Shown here piece after piece: positions 57,310 to 64,000 of a stretch of DNA of 64,000 nt (position 1 is the first letter of the stretch; every line of letters begins with the position of its first letter). Below the pieces are notes generated by a model. The model did not search any database. It was not told the origin of the DNA and saw nothing but the letters and a program-made list of their open reading frames with translations. Position numbers and translations under genes: made by a program. The stretch lies in NCBI GenBank assembly GCA_048128005.1, contig JBEUKZ010000066.1:62001-126000 (forward strand), in the 5' to 3' direction. The DNA comes from Veleropilina oligotropha. Taxonomy: Eukaryota.

Positions 57310-58885
57310 TACATTGTTTTTGTGTTTGTCACGATTTCACTATTGCATCACCTAATTTGACACTCTTGTTAACTGTACACAATCATGATCATGCAGTATA
57401 CGATGTTAAAATTGTTTGTGTCGTATCGTCTAGTAATTCTGCTTGTACAATGTTTCCTATGTTGTTTTCATTTACGGCTGCTGAAAATATATGACTTTTC
57501 CTCATTATCTGTCAAACTGTTTTATGAAAACAGAATCAACGTAACCAGAGCTGCACATGTAGGAACCAAGCAATGGCGTCGACGCGTCTTATATGGCTAA
57601 TTACCTAAATCGTTATATAATACATTGCGGTCGTTGTTGTTTCATATACTAAAGACCACAGCACACTAACCGATTTTTCGTCGGGAACAGCTCGATTATT
57701 GATCGGGTCGGGGGTAGTCTGCATCTCAATACAGTATATCATTGTGCTAACTAATCCGACAAGGTCCGATCATTGATTTTGTCGCGGACGAAAACTCGGG
57801 CTGTATCCGACAAAAAAATTGTGTAGTGTGCTGCGGACTTATGGCTTTCCGCGATTTCGCTGTTTTTGGCATTCTAACTGATGCTGTTTGAAATGCGAAC
57901 GCATGGTTCGTTTAATAATACAATGAATTCTAAACACGACTTCTAGGGTGTAGAATTTCTTGAATTGAAATATCATAATATACGAATATTTGTATTTAAC
58001 AATATATCAAGGAGAATACTGGTTTCACTGTTGAAATACATCAAATACGCACCAAGAAAGTCGAAACCGTTGAACCATAGCATAATGTTATTATTAAGAA
58101 ATTCTTCTAATTATTAGAAACCACCAATACAATACAACAATTTTCAAAGCAATCTTATTCCTTTTATAGAAACAGCGAGGGTGGGTCCTCAAAATATTAA
58201 TAGTACAGACAAAGACATTAGGATCGAAATTATTTTGGCATAGGAGTTGTATCCCACGCGGCCGACTATTGGCATAGGAGTTGTTTGTATCCCATGCGGA
58301 CGACTTTTGCACGATTTGCGAATTGATGTTTGAAAATTTAAGTTCAGTTCATACACGATGTTCGGCAAAATTAAATAATGCTGTTTGTTTTGGAAACAAA
58401 CTTTTTTGTAACATTGCGTAACTGGTTACTTCCTATATATGTATATATGCCTTCTCAAACTTAATAATCTCCTTAATAAAGTTCCTCGTCAATAATCATC
58501 CAAACTACATGATACACGTAATGGTACGTACCATGAGTTAATTATCTTGTTTAGTTTGTTGACACTTTTCATAGGTCACATATCAAATTGTAAATGATAT
58601 ACCCACCATGTCAATTACATTGATCGCAAAACAACAAACGTTAATGATACAAAGCGTGGGTCTAAACTTCTCGATTGGAATCATCGTGATTTGGTCCAGA
58701 GAGAATACTGCAGAACTGTTGACCTAGCTCACATCGACACATAATGCACACTGTATCAAATGTGCACGGTAGGCCTATAAACAATGCATTTAAAATGCAC
58801 ACGATATTGCACGGATGAGTTGCAGAAGCAATTGTAGGAAATAATAGACTATTATCATCGCATTTCATTGTTTGAACTATCCCTA
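57310..58885 (+). repeat. Segmental duplication unit 1 (paralog 61435-64000), including a small MITE at ~57651-57841
   Basis: Colinear similarity over ~1.6 kb. Confidence 0.9.
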
Positions 58886-59214
58886 TTGCTGTATGCTATG
58901 CACCGAGTTGGAACGGATGGATTGGTTGGGTTCACTTCGCACAGTGGCCATATGATCGGAAATTGGATCGATATAGTCAGTCTTTGCATCCAATATTTAT
59001 GCATGGACTGCTACTGACCGGTCACTGTGTTAAAACATTCAACAAATCGCACACACACTGACTTCACACTTGAAATATGATATTGGTAGCATTGTCCAGT
59101 TTTGTTACTGTTAATTGTAAGTTTGACGAACACATTAATTTTTATAATTGGTGTTCATGTTTCAATATAACGGGCTGCTTACAGATATAGCCTACACGAT
59201 TTAGAGAATGCGCT

Positions 59215-59445
59215 CACTGAGAAAAATAAGTAGTGAATGTCACTGCTTAGGTAGTGACTGAATGGACAGCCTATATTCACTACTTTAGGTAGTAAAATTC
59301 ACTATATAAGGTCGTGAAAGTAACTACCGTACTTATTAGTTAATTCTACTACCTTAAATAGTGAATTTTACTAATTAAAGTAGTGAATATGGGCTGTCCA
59401 TTCAGTCACTACCTAGGTAGTGAAATTCACTAATTTTTCTCAGTG
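59215..59445. mobile_element. CACTA/EnSpm-like fold-back MITE
   Basis: CT|cactgagaaaaa ... tttttctcagtg|CT; nearly the whole element is palindromic. Confidence 0.8.
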
Positions 59446-59459
59446 CTGTGATTCGGTAC

Positions 59460-61435
59460 CATGTGAATCATTTTGGGCATAAAAATCCGTCGTCATGTAA
59501 AAGATAATAAACCGCCACCCGAACATGCAGATATCACACACTTAAATGACCTGTCTAGAGCGATCACAAGCAATTGTGGTGGCCGTGGCGGCCATCTTGG
59601 AAGTCGGACCACACCCAAAATCTATAGGTGTCGTGTCCACGCCCCCAACCAATGCACATACCAAATTTGAATACATTCCGTTAAGAAATGGCCTGTCTAG
59701 AGCGATCACAAGGAATTATGCTTTAAAATTCAAGATGGGGCCACAGCGGCCATCTTGGAGGTCGGACGACACCCAACATTTATAGGTGTCGTGTTCTCGC
59801 CACAACCAATGCACATACCAAATTTGAAAACATTCCGTTAAGAAGCGGCCTGCCAAGAGCGATCACGAGGAATCTCTCGTCGCCGTAACGAACGCTAAAC
59901 CATATAGTATCCCCCGATACTTTCGTTTCGGGGGATACAATAAGACATTTAGAATAGTCTATGAAGTTACTCAGGGGTGAAAGGGTTAATATTTTGTTCC
60001 TGAATATTAACCTTGGCGAATGGTGAATATTGCGACCTTTATTAATGTACAATGTTAATAAAGTGTCTGCAAGTGCTTAGTTTACATCTAGTACCTGTGG
60101 GTTGCTTCTTCGTATGATGGTTGTGTCACTGATGGGAATTTCGCCAATTCTACGAGCGGGAATAACGTCTGTGTGGTAGGTGGGCTGTGATTTTCTCCTT
60201 TTTCTCAATCTTTTTACTTCTTTCTTCTATTCATGGTTATTTTGCTTGGTATTATTTGTCATTTGCTAATGTTTAGATTTCAATCTTATAACGTCAAATT
60301 TAGTTGCGTGCAGTTCTCTGAGGACCCTACCATTTTTGTGTCGCCCCGAAGGGAAAGCGAGACTTGGGGATTACATTTTCCGGCGTCGTCGTCGTCGTCG
60401 GCGTCATCGGCGTGTCATTTTCGGTTAAAGTTTTTCATTGCATGTGTATGGGTTGCTAAAGGCACTTTTATGCATACATATGCATTGGTAATGGTTATAT
60501 GGACAACACCTGATACTCTGGAACTGTTATTGAATGGAATTTTATATAAATAATGCATGAAATTGGTGTTTTTGGACATATAAATTTTGGTTAAAGTTTT
60601 TCATTGAGCTTATATGGATTGCTAAAGGCACTTTTATGCATACATATGCATTGGTAATGGTTATATGGACAACACCTGATACTCTGGAACTGTTATTGAC
60701 TGGAATTTTATATAAATAATGCATGAAATTGGTGTTTTTGGACATAGAAATTTTGGTTAAAGTTTTTTCGGTTTAAGTTTTTCATTGAATGGAATTTTCT
60801 GATACATTGATATATATATATTTAAAGGGCGAGACATATCGGACCGTGGTTCTTGTATTTTCAGCATATTAGTACAAACACAGTTGAGAAACTTTGACCG
60901 TGGGAGATGAAACTTGATGTGTGTATGCGTCATAACCCAAATGTGTGTCGCGTACCAAAAGTAGGTCACTACGACCTATACTATCCATGCTTGACTGCAC
61001 TTAATCCAAAATTCCCTTCCGCTCCATATCTCCCACACTATTTGACCGTGGGACATGAAACTTGATGTGTGTATGCGTCATAACCCAAAGGTGTGTTGTG
61101 TACCGAAAGTAGGTCACTGTGACATATATTGTAGACGTGACCGCATTTGGTCCAAAATTCCCTTTCGCTCCATATCTTCCATACTATTTGACCGAGGGAC
61201 ACGAAACTTGATGTGTGTATGGGTTATAACTGAAAGATATATTGTGTACCGAAAATAGGTCACCGAGACCTACTTTTCACACTTAACCGCATTCAGTCTA
61301 AAATTCCCTGCCGCTCCATATCTCCCATACTATTTGACGGAGGGACATGAAACTTCATGTGTGTATGCAACAGCCTGTTCCTGGGTCAAACGCTTTCGTG
61401 GGGGCATGTGATCACTCCTGTGATAGCTGTAGTTG
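59460..61435. repeat. Cluster of HINE-like satellite-carrying elements (~59460-59942, ~60335-61435)
   Basis: Tandem ~150-170-bp units; hairpin tatcccccga..tcgggggata at 59908-59937; (gtc)n. Confidence 0.6.
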
Positions 61436-64000
61436 TGTTTGTCTCTGTTTTTCACGATTACACTATTGTTATACCTAATTTGACAATTACTTGACTCGTG
61501 TTAACTCTACACATGATCATCCAGTTCAATGTTAAAACTATGTGTCGTATCGTCTAGTAAGTCTGTTTGTACAATGTTTCCCCTGCTGTTTTTTTTTTCG
61601 GCTGCTGAAAATATATGACTTTTTCTCATTATCTGTCAAACTTTAAATGAAAACAGAATCAACGTAACCAGAGCTGCACATGTAGGAACCAAGCAATGGC
61701 GTCGACGCGTCTCCTATGGCTAATTACCTAAATCGTTATATATAATACATTGCGGTCGTTGTTGTTTTATATACTAAAGCCCACAGCACACTAGCCGATT
61801 TTTCGTCGGGAACAGGTCGATTATTGATCGGGTCGGGGTTAGTCTGCATCTCAATATATCACAGTGCTAACTAATGCCCGCGATCTCATTCGACAAGGTC
61901 CGATTATTAATTTTGTCGCGGACGAAAACGGCTGTATCCGACAAATAATTTTGTGTAGTGTGCTGCGGGCTTAAGGCTTTCCGTGATTTCGCTGTTTTTG
62001 GCATTCTTACTGATGCTGTTTGAAATGCGAACGCATGGTTCGTTTAATAATACAATTTATCATATATCCGGGTCATTTTACATAGCAACAAAGTGTTTAA
62101 TAAAAACGATAATACACGTGTAACTTATGGCTTTCTGTGTAACTTTGATTGGATAATTTAATCAATGGGACCGAACAGCCAATTGTAGAACGGGTCACAA
62201 AAGGTCATTGCGAGTAATTGAGGACTTATTTCAATACTACGATTTTTACTATGAACGTGGTTATTGAAGTGTTGCAGGAATAGTACTCGTATGTGCAACT
62301 AACGATCAATATTTAGTAAAACTATTAGGTGCAGATATCCAGGTAAGATCGTTTAACTCCCAATTATCATAGCATGCAATATTCAATGTATAGTAGTTTC
62401 CAATTTACTTTCCGTTAGCAAATATAGCAGCCATGTTTCCGTCGGTTCGACCACATTTTACATGGAAACTAACATATTAACGTTGAATTTTTATAAAATT
62501 ATTCTGAAATATACAAAGTCGAAATTTTTTCCCTCATTCTGATGTTTTATAATGTAAGTTGACAAAATTTCGTCGTGAAGCAGACGACAAATAGTTTCAA
62601 TGTCCACAACGTTAACGAATTCGACATACAAGCTTCATGCGTGCCGCGCATTTAATGTTCTTTGAATAGAGCTTGCTGGATTAGTATAATATTGATAAAG
62701 CGACATTAGTTCTTTTCATAACAACATTTGTTGCTCTTTATACTACATAGAGACGGTAAGAACGGGGATTATGTTTCACACCCATTGCTACATTTCCATG
62801 ACGTCAACAATCACAAATATCACCTCCCATTACTACGCCGCATAATTATGTTAGAACGCGTCAAAAATATTAAAAGCAACGTTGTACAGCTTGGTTCTTT
62901 ATCAATTTAAGATATATGATAAATAGAATCTCACATTCGTGGTCATTTAATATCACATTTATGAAACTCGTTATCTAATTTTCATATTTTCCTCGGTGAA
63001 ACCTCGGAAAATATGAAAATTAGTTAACTCCTTTCATAAATGTGATATTAAATGACCACTCATGTGAGATCCCCTCTGAATTCTGAACACGACTTCTAGG
63101 ATATTGAATTTCTTGAATTGAAATATCATAACATAAGAATATTTGTATTTAACAATATATCAAGGAGAATACTGGTTTCACTGTTGAAATACATCAAATA
63201 CGCACGAAGAAATCGTCCAACCATAGCATAATGTTATTATTAAGAAATTGTTCTAATTATTAGAAGCCACCAATACAATAAACAATTTTCAATGCAATCT
63301 TATTCCTTTTATAGGAACAGCGAGGGTGGGTCCTCAAAATGTTAATAGCACAGACAAAGATATTAGGATCGAAATTCTATTGGCATAAGAGTTGTATCCC
63401 ATGCGGCCGAGTTTTGCAAGATTTGCGAATTGATGTTTAATAGTATTCGCAAATTTAAGTTCTGTTCTTACACGGTGTTCGGCATACAAAACTCAATCAT
63501 GCTGTTGTGGATAAAAAATATTTGTAACATTGCGGAATTGGTTATGTATGCCAGCATCCTCAAACTTAATAATCTCCTTAATAAAGTTCCTGATCAACAA
63601 TCATCCAAAATACATGATACACGCAATGGTTCATGAGTTAATTATCCTGTTTAGTATGTAGACACTTTTCATAGGTCACATATCAAATTGTAAATGATAC
63701 CCACCATCAATTACATTGATCGCAAAACCCACAAACATAGTCCAATGTGTTGCAAACGTTAATGATACAAAGCGTAGGTAGGTCTATACTTCTTGATTGG
63801 AATCATCGTGATTTGGACCAGAGAGAATACTGCAGAACTGTTGACCTCACATTGACACATAATGCACACTGTATCAAATGTGCACGGTAGGCCTATACAC
63901 AATGGATTTAAAATGCACACGATATTGCACGGATGAGTTGTAGAAGCATTGTAGGAAATGATAGACTATTATCATTGTATTTCATTGTTTGAACTATTCC
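61435..64000 (+). repeat. Segmental duplication unit 2 (with a 1-kb insertion)
   Basis: Colinear with 57310-58885. Confidence 0.9.
62057..63078 (-). mobile_element. Second copy of the hairpin element, absent from the paralogous segment near 57924
   Basis: Empty site tacaatgaattc at 57920-57931. Confidence 0.8.

Overview
AT-rich animal genomic DNA, not prokaryotic; the repeat types suggest a mollusc or other lophotrochozoan (inference). The window holds one + strand multi-exon gene, an RPAP1 (RNA polymerase II-associated protein 1) orthologue. I reconstructed it by hand as 31 coding exons from 2309 to 50944 (4086 nt, about 1361 aa) with consistent intron phases. One intron (17454-17791) appears to need a non-canonical GG donor, and another probably uses a GC donor. 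Intron 17 carries a complete, apparently young DIRS1-type tyrosine-recombinase retrotransposon (about 22373-29843). It has ITRs, an internal complementary region, gag, RT/RNaseH/methyltransferase and an overlapping YR ORF, plus an extra complementarity between its 5' and 3' non-coding regions. The rest is a dense, often nested set of repeats: three tRNA-derived SINE families, L2/CR1/RTE LINE remnants, Helentron-like satellite-carrying elements, MITEs with readable TSDs, a fold-back inversion and a local segmental duplication. All calls come from reading the sequence; no searches were run.
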